Source: Candidatus Helarchaeota archaeon (GTDB lineage: Archaea > Asgardarchaeota > Lokiarchaeia > Helarchaeales > RDOG01). From it: a stretch of 64,000 nt of DNA. Under the pieces are notes generated by a model, which did not search any database, had not been told where the DNA came from, and saw only the letters and a program-made list of their open reading frames with translations. Below are positions 1-10,155 of the stretch, in pieces; positions within the stretch are counted from its first letter, which is position 1; each line of letters starts with the position of its first letter. Position numbers and translations under genes: made by a program. The stretch covers positions 1,073,432 through 1,137,431 of the forward strand of contig JAHPZH010000001.1 in the NCBI GenBank assembly GCA_019058315.1, in the 5' to 3' direction.

Positions 1-113
1 AATAGAATTCATTTATTTCAAATCCCAAGAATGATATAATAAAATGAAAAAAATATATGATATTTTTTTTAAAATCTTTCTTAATAAGCTTTTAAAGTTA
101 ATATAACCCATAA

Positions 114-689
114 TTGATTTCAATGGACTTTAATCAATACTTAGTTAATGGTCTAATTATTTCATTTGGAAGGTTTCTTGACATATTGGCTACATATAGA
201 GTTACACCAAAGTTAGAGTTAGAAACGAATTATCTTGTTAAAAAACTAGGTTGGATAGGGGGAATTATTCTACAAATTCCTTTAATTATCTTAGGAGCAT
301 TTTTCAATACTTTCACAATTTTTATTTTTGTTTATAGTTTTCTTATTACTGCTCATAACATTTCAGGATCTTGGCTTGTTAAAGGAATGGGTGAAGAAGA
401 ATACACAAACATGCTAAAAAATGGAGTTTCAAAGGTTGATAAATTTCGAAATATCGTTCTAGATGAAATGACTCCATTTTTAGTATTTTGTATCCCAAAT
501 ATGCTAATTTGGTTTTTTTTCTTCCAAACAATCCCTTTTTCTTATAATGTTTTCTTGGATAATACTAATACCTCGTACGTTTTTATGATTACATTTGCTA
601 TTTTTTTCTTCAGTATAGTGAATACTATTAGAAATATAATTTATTTAATACGGTTAAAAAAGCAAATGAATAAAACAAATAATTCTTAA
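114..689 (+). CDS. Hypothetical multi-pass membrane protein
   Basis: 191 aa with several hydrophobic segments; N-terminal D..T...E.N pattern loosely resembles DUF5658. Confidence 0.6.
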   Translation: MISMDFNQYLVNGLIISFGRFLDILATYRVTPKLELETNYLVKKLGWIGGIILQIPLIILGAFFNTFTIFIFVYSFLITAHNISGSWLVKGMGEEEYTNMLKNGVSKVDKFRNIVLDEMTPFLVFCIPNMLIWFFFFQTIPFSYNVFLDNTNTSYVFMITFAIFFFSIVNTIRNIIYLIRLKKQMNKTNNS

Positions 690-720
690 AAAAAGAGTTA
701 ACAAGGTAATGCTTATTTGA

Positions 721-1881
721 TTATTTTAATGATGCCATCTTTTTTCTTTCTTCCCTTCTTTTACGTCTTCTTTCTTTCTTTTCCTCTTCTGCTTTGATAG
801 CTTCGTTTTTTTCATCCATTATTTTTGCATATAATTCTTCCAATGTGGCTGGAGGGATCATTTTTTTATCCTTTACTCGGAGTTGAATTGCTTCTGAGGG
901 ACACGTAGTAACGCATAAACCACAACCTATACATCTATCCCTATTTACTATTGAAATATCGTCAACAATTTTTAAAGCTTGCATTTGACAGCGATCAATA
1001 CATGTACCACATCCAGAACATAATTCAGGATTAATTTCCGCATAATAATTTGTTGCGAAATATTCTACTGGTTTGGGAAGTAGCTTCAAACCTGCTAATG
1101 CTCCGCAACAACATCCGCAACAGTTACAGATATATTCTAGCTCTAAAGAGTTTGTCGGTTGTAAGATTAACCCATCTTCTTCATTTTGGCGAATAATTTC
1201 AAGAGCTTCTTCCTTACTAACAGAGCGACCTAAACCTACATTTAATTCTGATTGAGCAAAATTTCCAAATGCAAAACAAGTTTCCTGACGAGAGGTTACT
1301 TTACAAGGTTTGCCTGCTAATTCTGTACTTTTACGACAAATACAAGTTTGTACAGTTATTGGTCCCTCTGTATTTTTAATAAGTTCTTTTAAATCATCAT
1401 AATTCCCTACGATTTTTTCAGAGGATATACTTTGTTCTAAAGGAATAGTTCGTAATTGAGGGGTTTTGGTTTCTGATGTTGAGCTGAAACTCTCAACAGC
1501 ATATCTAAGAAGATCTTCAAGCAATTCTTTTGAAAGTTGATTTATTTGTAACTCATAGATTCCAATTGCATAAAGCATATTATTATAAAGTTTTTTATCT
1601 CCTTCTTTTTTGGAATGAATAAGTCCCTTCTTAACCATGTTATCTAATTTTTTTTCTAATTCTTCAATTGAATATCCTAAGTTTTTCATACGTTCATATA
1701 TATTCTCTAAAGGTTCAGAAGGTGTTGGAGAAAATTTGAGCTTAGTTGCAATTTTAGCTTCTTCAACAGTAAAGAATCTCTTTAATATGCGTAATTCTAT
1801 TCCTGACTTCGTGGGAGGAAATCCAACAGGCATTTTATCTAAGTGTTGTTGTAATTCACGATATACAATATCTTCAGTCAT
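721..1881 (-). CDS. 4Fe-4S dicluster protein with N-terminal HTH-like region (paralog 1)
   Basis: CICR, CNCCGCCCG and two ferredoxin motifs CSGCGTCIDRC / CIGCGLCVTTCP; basic C-terminal tail. Confidence 0.85.
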   Translation of the reverse strand: MTEDIVYRELQQHLDKMPVGFPPTKSGIELRILKRFFTVEEAKIATKLKFSPTPSEPLENIYERMKNLGYSIEELEKKLDNMVKKGLIHSKKEGDKKLYNNMLYAIGIYELQINQLSKELLEDLLRYAVESFSSTSETKTPQLRTIPLEQSISSEKIVGNYDDLKELIKNTEGPITVQTCICRKSTELAGKPCKVTSRQETCFAFGNFAQSELNVGLGRSVSKEEALEIIRQNEEDGLILQPTNSLELEYICNCCGCCCGALAGLKLLPKPVEYFATNYYAEINPELCSGCGTCIDRCQMQALKIVDDISIVNRDRCIGCGLCVTTCPSEAIQLRVKDKKMIPPATLEELYAKIMDEKNEAIKAEEEKKERRRKRREERKKMASLK

Positions 1882-1969
1882 TTAATTACCCTTAAATTTA
1901 ATAAGTAATATTATTCATTTACCTTTTAAAAAAAAATAGATTTAAAAAGGTAAAATATATTTGGTTATT

Positions 1970-3127
1970 TTATTTTGCCTTCTTTTTTCTTTCTTCTCTT
2001 TTTTTTCGTCTTCTTTCTCGTTTTTCCTCTTCTGCTTTAAGAATTTCGGTTTTTTCATCTAATATTTTTGTATATAATTCGTCCATAGTAGCTGGAGGGG
2101 TCATTTCTTTATCTTTCACTTGAAGTTGAATTGCTTCTGATGGGCATGTAGGAACGCATAAACCACAACCTATACATCTGTCCCTATTTACTATTGAAAC
2201 ATCATCAACAATTTTTAAAGCTTGCATTTGACAACGATCAATACATGTACCACATCCGGTACACAATTCAGGGTCAATTTCTGCATAATAATTAGTTGCG
2301 AAATATTCTACTGGTTTAGGAAGTAAATTCATTCCTGATAATAATCCACAACAACATGCACAACAGCTACATATATATTCTAGATCCAAAGAATTTGTTG
2401 GTTGTAGGACTAATCCATCTTCCTCATTTTGTCGAATAATTTCAAGAGCCTCTTCCTTACTAACAGAACGCCCTAAGCCCAGATCTAGCTCTGATTGAGC
2501 AAAATCTCCAAATGCAAAACAGGTTTCCTGACGAGAGGTTATTTTACATGGTCTTCCTACAATACTTGTAGCTTTACGACAAATACAAGTTTGCACAGAT
2601 ATTGGTCCCTCTGTATTTTTAATAACTTCTCTTAAGTCATCATAATTGCCAACGATTTTTTCAGATGATATACTCTTTTCTAGAGGAATTGTTCGCAATT
2701 GAGGAGTTTTAGTTCGAAATAATTCTAATCCTAGACCCTCAAAGGCATATTTAAAAAAATCTTCGAGCCATTCCTTTGAAAGGTTATTAATTTGTAGCTC
2801 ATAGATACCAATCGCAAAGACCATATTATTGTAAAGTTTTTTATCACCTACGTTTTTGGAATGTATAAGTCCTTTCTTAACCATTTCATCTAATTTTTTT
2901 TCCAATTCTTCAATTGAGTATCCTAAATCTTTCATACGTTCATATACACTCTCTAATGGTTCGGAAGGTTTTGGAGAATATTTTAGTCTAGTTGCTATTT
3001 TTGCCTCTTCAGGGGTAAATAGACTCTTCAAGATACGTATTTCTACCCCCGACTTCGTAGGAGGATATCCAATAGGCATTTTATCTAAATGTTGTTGTAA
3101 TTCACGATATACAATATCTTCAGTCAT
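1970..3127 (-). CDS. 4Fe-4S dicluster protein (tandem paralog 2)
   Basis: Highly similar to 721..1881 over the full length; CSCCACCCG, CTGCGTCIDRC, CIGCGLCVPTCP. Confidence 0.85.
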   Translation of the reverse strand: MTEDIVYRELQQHLDKMPIGYPPTKSGVEIRILKSLFTPEEAKIATRLKYSPKPSEPLESVYERMKDLGYSIEELEKKLDEMVKKGLIHSKNVGDKKLYNNMVFAIGIYELQINNLSKEWLEDFFKYAFEGLGLELFRTKTPQLRTIPLEKSISSEKIVGNYDDLREVIKNTEGPISVQTCICRKATSIVGRPCKITSRQETCFAFGDFAQSELDLGLGRSVSKEEALEIIRQNEEDGLVLQPTNSLDLEYICSCCACCCGLLSGMNLLPKPVEYFATNYYAEIDPELCTGCGTCIDRCQMQALKIVDDVSIVNRDRCIGCGLCVPTCPSEAIQLQVKDKEMTPPATMDELYTKILDEKTEILKAEEEKRERRRKKREERKKKAK

Positions 3128-3224
3128 TAAATAACCCTCAAATTTTATGAGTATTTAATATTTAATTAAATTGAAAAATTAAAAATATCTAACTGTTTTA
3201 AGTTCAAAATGTGTTTAAAATAAA

Positions 3225-4799
3225 TTAATGCTTAAAGCAACGAATTCCAGTGAAAATCATTGAAATTCCAAGTTCATCAGCTGCTTCAATAACTTCATTA
3301 TCCCTAATTGAACCTCCGGGTTGAATAACCGACTTAACTCCAACCTTTACTGCCTCATCAATTCCATCTCTGAATGGAAAGAAGGCATCAGATGCCATGA
3401 CGCTATCTTGAGCTCTATTTTCCGCTTTCATCGCAGCAATCTTTACTGAATCAACTCTTTTCATTTGCCCAGCTCCAACCCCAATAGTAGCAAAATCCTT
3501 TATAAACAAGATAGCATTGGACTTAACATGTTTTAGAACTTTCCAACCGAATAATAATTCCTTAATTTGAGAACTTGTGGGTTTTTTCTTTGTGACTACT
3601 TTAAAATCTGATTCAGTTATTTCTTTAATATCGCGATCTTGCACTAAAATTCCACCTACGACTTTCTTAAAGTCTAATTCTTTGGATGGCTTACCTAATG
3701 GAATATATCCTGTTTTTAATATTCGAAGATTTTTTTTAGTTTTTAGAATATTTAAGGCTTCTTCTGTATAATCTGGACAAATTACTGCTTCAACAAAAGT
3801 TGATGTTATTTCTTTTGCTGTGCTATCATCTAATTTTCGATTTATTCCTACAATACTCCCAAATGCTGATTTTGGATCACATTCGCGTGCTTTCTTATAT
3901 GCTTCTAGTATATTGGAACCTAATGCGCAACCACATGGATTTGTATGTTTGATAACAACTGCAGCAATTTCTTTAAATTCTCGAATAATATTTAGTGCTG
4001 CATCTAAGTCATAAATATTATTATAAGACAGCTCTTTGCCATGTAATTGGATTGAAGTTGCAATCGAAATTTCTCGAACATTAGGTTCAATATAAAAAGC
4101 AGCTTTTTGATGGGGATTTTCTCCATAACGTAAATTTTGCTTTTTAGAATAAATTAAATTTAATTTTTCTGGAAATAGATCTTCAATTGAGGAAATTTGA
4201 GCATTAAAATAATTAAAAATTATATTATCATATGAAGCTGTATGTTGAAATGCCTCAGTAGCTAGTTTTCTCCGCGTTTCCGAACTTATTCCTCCTTTAT
4301 TTTTTTCCATTTCCTTAATTATTTCAGGATATCTATTAATATTAACCACAACAACAACTGATTCATGATTTTTAGCTGCAGCGCGAATTAGTGTAGGTCC
4401 ACCTATATCAATATTTTCAATGGCATTTTCAATATCTTCATATTTGGTTGAAATTGTTTTTTCAAATGGATAGAGATTAACTACTACCAAATCAATCGGT
4501 TTAATTTTATGCTCAGATAATTGCCTTACATGCTCGATTTTGGATCTTACAGCCAAAATTCCGCCATGGATAATTGGGTGTAGAGTTTTTACTCTTCCAT
4601 CAAGCATTTCGGGAAAATTTGTAATTTCTGATATTTCTTTAACTTCTATATTTGCTTCTTTTATTATTTTTGCAGTATTTCCAGTTGAAATTATTTCAAT
4701 TCCAAATTTTTTTAGGTCTTTAGCAAATTCCTTAATTCCAGTTTTATCTGAAACACTAATGAGTGCCCGTTTTATTTTTATCATAGCTGTTCTTCCCAT
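3225..4799 (-). CDS. purH: Bifunctional AICAR transformylase / IMP cyclohydrolase
   Basis: RALISVSDKTG, GRVKTLHP, IDIGGPT, RYGENPHQ, KHTNPCG, SDAFFPF, QPGGSIRD. Confidence 0.97.
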   Translation of the reverse strand: MGRTAMIKIKRALISVSDKTGIKEFAKDLKKFGIEIISTGNTAKIIKEANIEVKEISEITNFPEMLDGRVKTLHPIIHGGILAVRSKIEHVRQLSEHKIKPIDLVVVNLYPFEKTISTKYEDIENAIENIDIGGPTLIRAAAKNHESVVVVVNINRYPEIIKEMEKNKGGISSETRRKLATEAFQHTASYDNIIFNYFNAQISSIEDLFPEKLNLIYSKKQNLRYGENPHQKAAFYIEPNVREISIATSIQLHGKELSYNNIYDLDAALNIIREFKEIAAVVIKHTNPCGCALGSNILEAYKKARECDPKSAFGSIVGINRKLDDSTAKEITSTFVEAVICPDYTEEALNILKTKKNLRILKTGYIPLGKPSKELDFKKVVGGILVQDRDIKEITESDFKVVTKKKPTSSQIKELLFGWKVLKHVKSNAILFIKDFATIGVGAGQMKRVDSVKIAAMKAENRAQDSVMASDAFFPFRDGIDEAVKVGVKSVIQPGGSIRDNEVIEAADELGISMIFTGIRCFKH

Positions 4800-4934
4800 T
4801 TACTTAAATAATATTTTAAATAAATTTCCAAGCTATGTTTTTTTTTGAAAATTTATATTATTAATTATATTTTGTCGAGAAATTGAATAAATTATTTTTA
4901 AAAATTAAAAAAAAAATTGTAAAAAGAAGAAATA

Positions 4935-5564
4935 TTATTCTAACGTCTCTTTTTCTTTAGGATAAAATAACAAAGTCTGCTCTCCGTAATTATCACCCCT
5001 TAGAAAGCATCTAGTTTCTTTTTGGACAACATTATAATCATTTTCTACAGTATCTTGCATTAATTGAACTAAAGCTGTTAAAGCATTTCCCAATATTTCG
5101 GCAAATCCTCTTTGTCCAAGTTCATCAAGGTTAATATCCCCTTCTTGAACTGAGGCGCAAACTACACATTTTTTTATTCTTGCCACAATTTTTGGGACAC
5201 CTTCTTCTGATTCTTCAGCAGGAATAAATTTTGGATAATCAAAATACTCAGAATAATTTTTTCCTAAAATTATATACATTGCCAGCTCCCAAACATATAA
5301 TATATCCCTTAAATCTTTTGAAAAAAATATCTTTACCAAGTCCATTACACCATAAAATATATCAAAGGCTGCTGATCGGAATTGATTATTAAGTTCGTCA
5401 AATGCAGCTCCTTGATCTCCTAAAATTTCAGAGTATTTTTGAACAACCACTAATTCCATTAAGGAAAGAAGATATAAGTCCATTTTTCGATATCTCCATC
5501 GCATAAGTTTTTTTCCAACATTACCGAGTTTTTTTCTAAACCAACCAATTTTTTTTCTCGCCAT
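4935..5564 (-). CDS. V4R / TRAPP(Bet3)-like protein
   Basis: CVVC and C-terminal ETRCFLRGD (V4R-type); 8 bp from the upstream related gene. Confidence 0.55.
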   Translation of the reverse strand: MARKKIGWFRKKLGNVGKKLMRWRYRKMDLYLLSLMELVVVQKYSEILGDQGAAFDELNNQFRSAAFDIFYGVMDLVKIFFSKDLRDILYVWELAMYIILGKNYSEYFDYPKFIPAEESEEGVPKIVARIKKCVVCASVQEGDINLDELGQRGFAEILGNALTALVQLMQDTVENDYNVVQKETRCFLRGDNYGEQTLLFYPKEKETLE

Positions 5565-5572
5565 AAAAACAC

Positions 5573-6145
5573 CTAATAAGTAATTTCTACCTCATGAATA
5601 CAATTCTTGCTTCCAGAACCTCGAGAAGCAATAGTTTCAACTTTAAACTTAATACTGGCTCCTATAATCTTTTTTATTCCCATTGGGTGATTATTTTTAA
5701 CTAACTCATTTAACATAGTTTCTAAGAATCCAGATATGGGGACACAGAAATTTAATCCCTCAATCGGTTCTATTTCTTCTTCTTTTGGACATAGACCACA
5801 ATTTCCATCAGTAATTCTTAATTTTACAGGCCTTTTTAAGTGATCTTTCTCACGAACTTTAACTTTTATTTTTTTATCTTCCCATAACATTACAAAAAAT
5901 TCTTTAATTAATGGAGTAAGTTTTTTCTTTTCCGGCTTATAGACTCTCATTAATCTTTCACTAATTTTACTTCCAATATCTCTTAGGTGAATATTTGCAT
6001 CTTCAGAACCACATTTTTCTGCTATAAATCCAACAATTGCTGGATAAGCCATTTGAGCAACTAAGTGTATTACTTTTCTACCAAAAAGGTCTTCTGGGGT
6101 GCCTCTCATTTTATCCAAAAATAAAGTCATGTTAAACCATCCCAT
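5573..6145 (-). CDS. Bet3/TRAPP-like (V4R superfamily) protein
   Basis: LRDIGSKISERL...FFVMLW resembles the Bet3 helix motif; CGLC, FCVPISGFLE, GSKNC. Confidence 0.6.
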   Translation of the reverse strand: MGWFNMTLFLDKMRGTPEDLFGRKVIHLVAQMAYPAIVGFIAEKCGSEDANIHLRDIGSKISERLMRVYKPEKKKLTPLIKEFFVMLWEDKKIKVKVREKDHLKRPVKLRITDGNCGLCPKEEEIEPIEGLNFCVPISGFLETMLNELVKNNHPMGIKKIIGASIKFKVETIASRGSGSKNCIHEVEITY

Positions 6146-6291
6146 AAATTGGATTTGATAAATATGAATTTAATTTGAAGACATATATAAATAAATCTTT
6201 AGTTAGGCTCTAGCAGAAATAATTCAAAATTAAATTTAATATTGAAACCTTTTTGGCATTTAGATAGTATTGAATTCAAGAGATTGAAATT

Positions 6292-6305
6292 GAAAGGTTT
6301 AAAAG
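6292..6305 (+). promoter_or_regulatory. Candidate BRE-TATA promoter
   Basis: GAAAGG-TTTAAAAG about 65 nt upstream of the 6371 start. Confidence 0.35.
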
Positions 6306-6370
6306 ATAGCAACGGCAGAATAATAATATTGCATTGGAATTTAAAATTAAAATTTTAGTTTGGAGTAATA

Positions 6371-7927
6371 TTGAAAGAAAAAACTTCACCAGTCATGGGA
6401 ATAATTTCATCCAAGTTTACAACAAAAGGACCAGAACCCGAATTTGTAATTCCTCAAGACCTGGATCCGTCTATTGCTACAACGATATCTATAAAAGCAA
6501 TTTCCACAATGGCTGGAGAATCTGACGAGGCAAAAGAAGCAATTTCAGTATTACCCTTTTCTAATATCAAAGCAGATGGTCTAGTTTATTTTTATAAAGT
6601 TACTGCAGCAACTGAACGAGGAGGATCAATGTTTGCTTCCCTTACCATATTAATACACGAGACTGATTCTCCCTTTTTATACCATAATATAGCAAAATTA
6701 AAAGATTTATTGAGTGAAAAAGGGCAGCAAATAAGAGGAGGAGCTCCTTCAGATATCGTTTGTACAGAATTATATAATGAAATTAATGATATAGCAAAAT
6801 ACGAATCTAGTTCACGACAAATCTTGCTAGAATATGGTTTGGATGTTGCAGAAACGGATGCCTACTTTCACATGGTGAATAAAGGACCAGTAGGAGTTGG
6901 TGAGATAGCTATTTCTCTTCAAATTGACCGTGAAAAGGCATCAGATATTATGAAAAAGTTAAATGAAAAAGGACTTATTAAAACTATACCTGGAAAAAAG
7001 CTAGTTTATCAAGCTCTTCCACCATATAGAGCATTGTTGAATCAAATAAACACTTTTATTCCATTTATTCAATCCATTAAAAAAACCATTCCTGAATCAA
7101 CTGAAAATATTGAGGAATTAAATGACAAATATCTTACGTCACTTTCCGAATTAGAAACTCAGATAAAAAAATCATTAACTACAATGGAGGCACTTTTTGA
7201 AGGATCTAAAAGTAAAATAACATTCAAATTCAAAAATTTATGGTTTATTGATGGACCAGAAGCAATGATTGCTGAAATCACTGAAATTATGTGGAAGGCA
7301 AAAACTCGTATTTATATCGTTGCCCCCACTATTGAAAATGTGAATTTATCAATAATTAAAAACTTACCTCAAAAAATATCTATAAGACTTGCAGCTTTTC
7401 TTGATTTTAAGAATCCAAATCATTTAAAAATTGCTCATGAATTAGGGCAGTATAATATAAATTTTAGATTATATAATAAACAAAATTTATGGGGAATTAA
7501 CAGGGATCAGGAAGAAATAATTCTAGGTTCGACTACAAAAGATGGTGATGTTGCGGCAGTTGCTTCTGATGTTAAAGAACAAGTTCAATTATTTGCTCCC
7601 ACTTTAGAAACTGCATGGATCCAAGGAAAACCATTTGATTTAACAGAATTAATAGAAGTGCCAGTTTCTTCTCCATTTCAAGAAATTGAAACGAAAAAAT
7701 TCGAGAGAATTGAAAAAATAGAATCTAAGGAAGAAATTATTGAAACTGACAAAATAGTGCCTAAACCAATTAATAAAACAGAATTTGAGACTCCTAAACT
7801 TGCTTTACCTTCAGACTCAAAAACAAAACAAGTTTTTCAAGACTTAACAAAGGGATTTCAAAAAGTTGAAGAAGAGGAAAAGGAAAAAGCACAGAAGAAA
7901 AAAAAGTTTTGGAAAATTGAAGAGTAA
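6371..7927 (+). CDS. uDENN/longin-like domain fused to a TrmB-family regulator (wHTH + PLD-like effector domain)
   Basis: N-term F..KGPEP...LPF...RGG...SL; central LEYGL...VGEIAISL...LNEKGLI...YQALPP (TrmB wHTH); C-term AKTRIYIVAP...DQEEIILG. Confidence 0.65.
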   Translation: MKEKTSPVMGIISSKFTTKGPEPEFVIPQDLDPSIATTISIKAISTMAGESDEAKEAISVLPFSNIKADGLVYFYKVTAATERGGSMFASLTILIHETDSPFLYHNIAKLKDLLSEKGQQIRGGAPSDIVCTELYNEINDIAKYESSSRQILLEYGLDVAETDAYFHMVNKGPVGVGEIAISLQIDREKASDIMKKLNEKGLIKTIPGKKLVYQALPPYRALLNQINTFIPFIQSIKKTIPESTENIEELNDKYLTSLSELETQIKKSLTTMEALFEGSKSKITFKFKNLWFIDGPEAMIAEITEIMWKAKTRIYIVAPTIENVNLSIIKNLPQKISIRLAAFLDFKNPNHLKIAHELGQYNINFRLYNKQNLWGINRDQEEIILGSTTKDGDVAAVASDVKEQVQLFAPTLETAWIQGKPFDLTELIEVPVSSPFQEIETKKFERIEKIESKEEIIETDKIVPKPINKTEFETPKLALPSDSKTKQVFQDLTKGFQKVEEEEKEKAQKKKKFWKIEE

Positions 7928-8048
7928 TAGTTCAGATTAATTCAGTGAAATTTTAATTAATAGTTTTTAAAAATTTTTTTAAATAAATTATTTTTTTTTA
8001 ATAAATAATTACTATTTATTATAATCAATTATAATTGAGGGTTTTCTA

Positions 8049-9659
8049 TTGAAAATAAGTGATCTAATCAAATTTGCAGCTCGTGCAGAACCAGATAAAA
8101 TCGGTCTTATTACAGATAGTGGTAGATATTCTTTTAAACAATTATATGAATTTTGTAATTCTCTCGCTAATGGATTAGTTCAAATGAATTTTAAATTAGG
8201 GGATAGAGTAGCATTATTAGTTCGTAATGGACTAGAAATATTCACGTCTTATTTTGGTATTCCACGAATGGGAGCAATTGTCGTGCCATTAAACTATAAA
8301 ATGTCAAAAGATGAATTGGTTTATTGTCTTAATGATTGTACTCCAAAGATGTTAATCTATGGAGAGGAATACGAAGATATTATTGATTATCTCAAAGAAA
8401 AATGTAAAAGTATAGAATATTTTATTTCTCCTGCTGATTTTCAAAAAATTATAACTTCATATTCTAAAGAAGGACCATTGGACTTAAATGGTAAAAAGAT
8501 AAGACTTAGTAATAAAAACACCCTTTTTTTAATGTATACAGGAGGAACTACAGGTTTTCCTAAAGGTGTAATGCTTTCGCATAAGAATCTTACATCTACG
8601 ATGGCAGCTAGTGCAGGAAAGATGCTTTCCGATGTTGGGAGCTATTCTGAGGAAAGGAGAGCTAAGTCGGTCGAGAGGATGGAGAATAGAGAAGGAGTAT
8701 TTATGACTGATCTTCCTATATTCCACGCTGCTGCTATGTTCACTGTGATCGTTGCCCTATATGGGGCTACAACTATGATCACCCACAAAAGATTTGATCC
8801 CATTAAAACCTATGAAATTATAGAAAAAGAAAAAGTAACCAATTTAGAACTAGTCCCAACTATGTTAATAAGAATGCTTGAGGCATATAACCCAAAATAT
8901 GACACTAGTAGTTTACAAACTATTTTTTATGGTGCGGCTGCAATAGATCCTACAACTTTGAAAAGAGCACTTGATATTTTTAAAAATGTAGATTTTTATC
9001 AAGTCTTTGGAATGACTGAGACTGCTGTACCTGTAACTTCTCTTACATCAGAAGATCATGAATTAATTAGAGATAAGGATCGTAATGAACTTTTAAGATC
9101 CGCAGGAAAACCTATCGCTAATGTTGAAATTAAAATTGTAGACGAAGCACGCAATGAACTCCCTATAGGAGAAATTGGGGAAATAGTAGTTCGTGGGGAA
9201 GGAATTATGCAAGGATATTGGAATAAAGAAGAAAAAACAAGGTCAGTAATTGATAAAGAAGGATGGTATTATACTGGAGATATGGGAAAATTAGACGAAG
9301 AGGGTTATTTATATGTCGTTGATAGGGCAAAAGATATGATTGTTTCGGGTGGAGAAAATATTTATTCTGCAGAAGTTGAAAATGCAATTTATAAGCATCC
9401 ATCTGTAAAACTTTGTGCTGTTATTGGAATTCCTGATGAAAAATGGGGTGAAGCAGTATGTGCGTACATTGTAAAAAAAGAGGATTGTGAGCTTACTGGT
9501 GAAGAAATAATTCAGCACTGCAAAGAACATATCGCTAGCTATAAGAAGCCTAAAAAAATAATTTTCATTAAAAAACTACCTATGAGTCCTCAAGGAAAAA
9601 TTCTAAAGAAAATTTTACGAGAAAAACATTGGAAAGATAAAGAAAGAAGAGTAGTTTAA
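8049..9659 (+). CDS. Long-chain fatty acid-CoA ligase
   Basis: YTGGTTGFPKG, FGMTE, YTGD, GGENIYS, GKILK. Confidence 0.92.
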   Translation: MKISDLIKFAARAEPDKIGLITDSGRYSFKQLYEFCNSLANGLVQMNFKLGDRVALLVRNGLEIFTSYFGIPRMGAIVVPLNYKMSKDELVYCLNDCTPKMLIYGEEYEDIIDYLKEKCKSIEYFISPADFQKIITSYSKEGPLDLNGKKIRLSNKNTLFLMYTGGTTGFPKGVMLSHKNLTSTMAASAGKMLSDVGSYSEERRAKSVERMENREGVFMTDLPIFHAAAMFTVIVALYGATTMITHKRFDPIKTYEIIEKEKVTNLELVPTMLIRMLEAYNPKYDTSSLQTIFYGAAAIDPTTLKRALDIFKNVDFYQVFGMTETAVPVTSLTSEDHELIRDKDRNELLRSAGKPIANVEIKIVDEARNELPIGEIGEIVVRGEGIMQGYWNKEEKTRSVIDKEGWYYTGDMGKLDEEGYLYVVDRAKDMIVSGGENIYSAEVENAIYKHPSVKLCAVIGIPDEKWGEAVCAYIVKKEDCELTGEEIIQHCKEHIASYKKPKKIIFIKKLPMSPQGKILKKILREKHWKDKERRVV

Positions 9660-9711
9660 TAATAAAATTAAGACATGAATTAGAAAATAAATTTACAAAG
9701 AATTTTATAAT

Positions 9712-9855
9712 TTAAGATGTTTTTCCTTTCGTTTTTTCACAATTACTACAGACTTCTCCATTTGCACGCCATTGATACAGACTAATCGTTCCACCACATA
9801 TCCTGCATTTTGGGAGGTATGAATTTTGAATTCCTAAACTAGCCATTTTTTTCAT
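9712..9855 (-). CDS. Small zinc-finger protein, 44-47 aa (not in ORF track)
   Basis: Hand translation MKKMASLGIQNSYLPKCRICGGTISLYQWRANGEVCSNCEKTKGKTS; two CxxC; alternative ATG at 9846. Confidence 0.65.
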   Translation of the reverse strand: MKKMASLGIQNSYLPKCRICGGTISLYQWRANGEVCSNCEKTKGKTS

Positions 9856-10155
9856 CCTAATCTACTATTTTCACGTTATAGATCTCATATTTTTAATATA
9901 TAAGAAGGGGAGGGGAGGTATTGAAAAATGAAATGTCTTGAGAAGTGAAATTTAAAAAGCTCTAATTAATAAAACTCTTTATTTAATCAATTCGCGAATT
10001 CATTTGGATAATGTTTCAATATATTCTTATTCTAATAATTATTTATCAATAAGAATAAATAGATACTGATAAGAATAAATATTGAATTATTTAAAAATAT
10101 TAAAATAATATTTGAGTTTTGTTATACATTGCATTAGATAATTTGAGAACTAAAA

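Noticed and set aside
1073-4848. Short + strand ORFs over the Fe-S genes and purH, and similar 60-120 aa overlapping ORFs elsewhere
   Set aside because: Antisense or off-frame shadows of well-supported genes, with no motifs.
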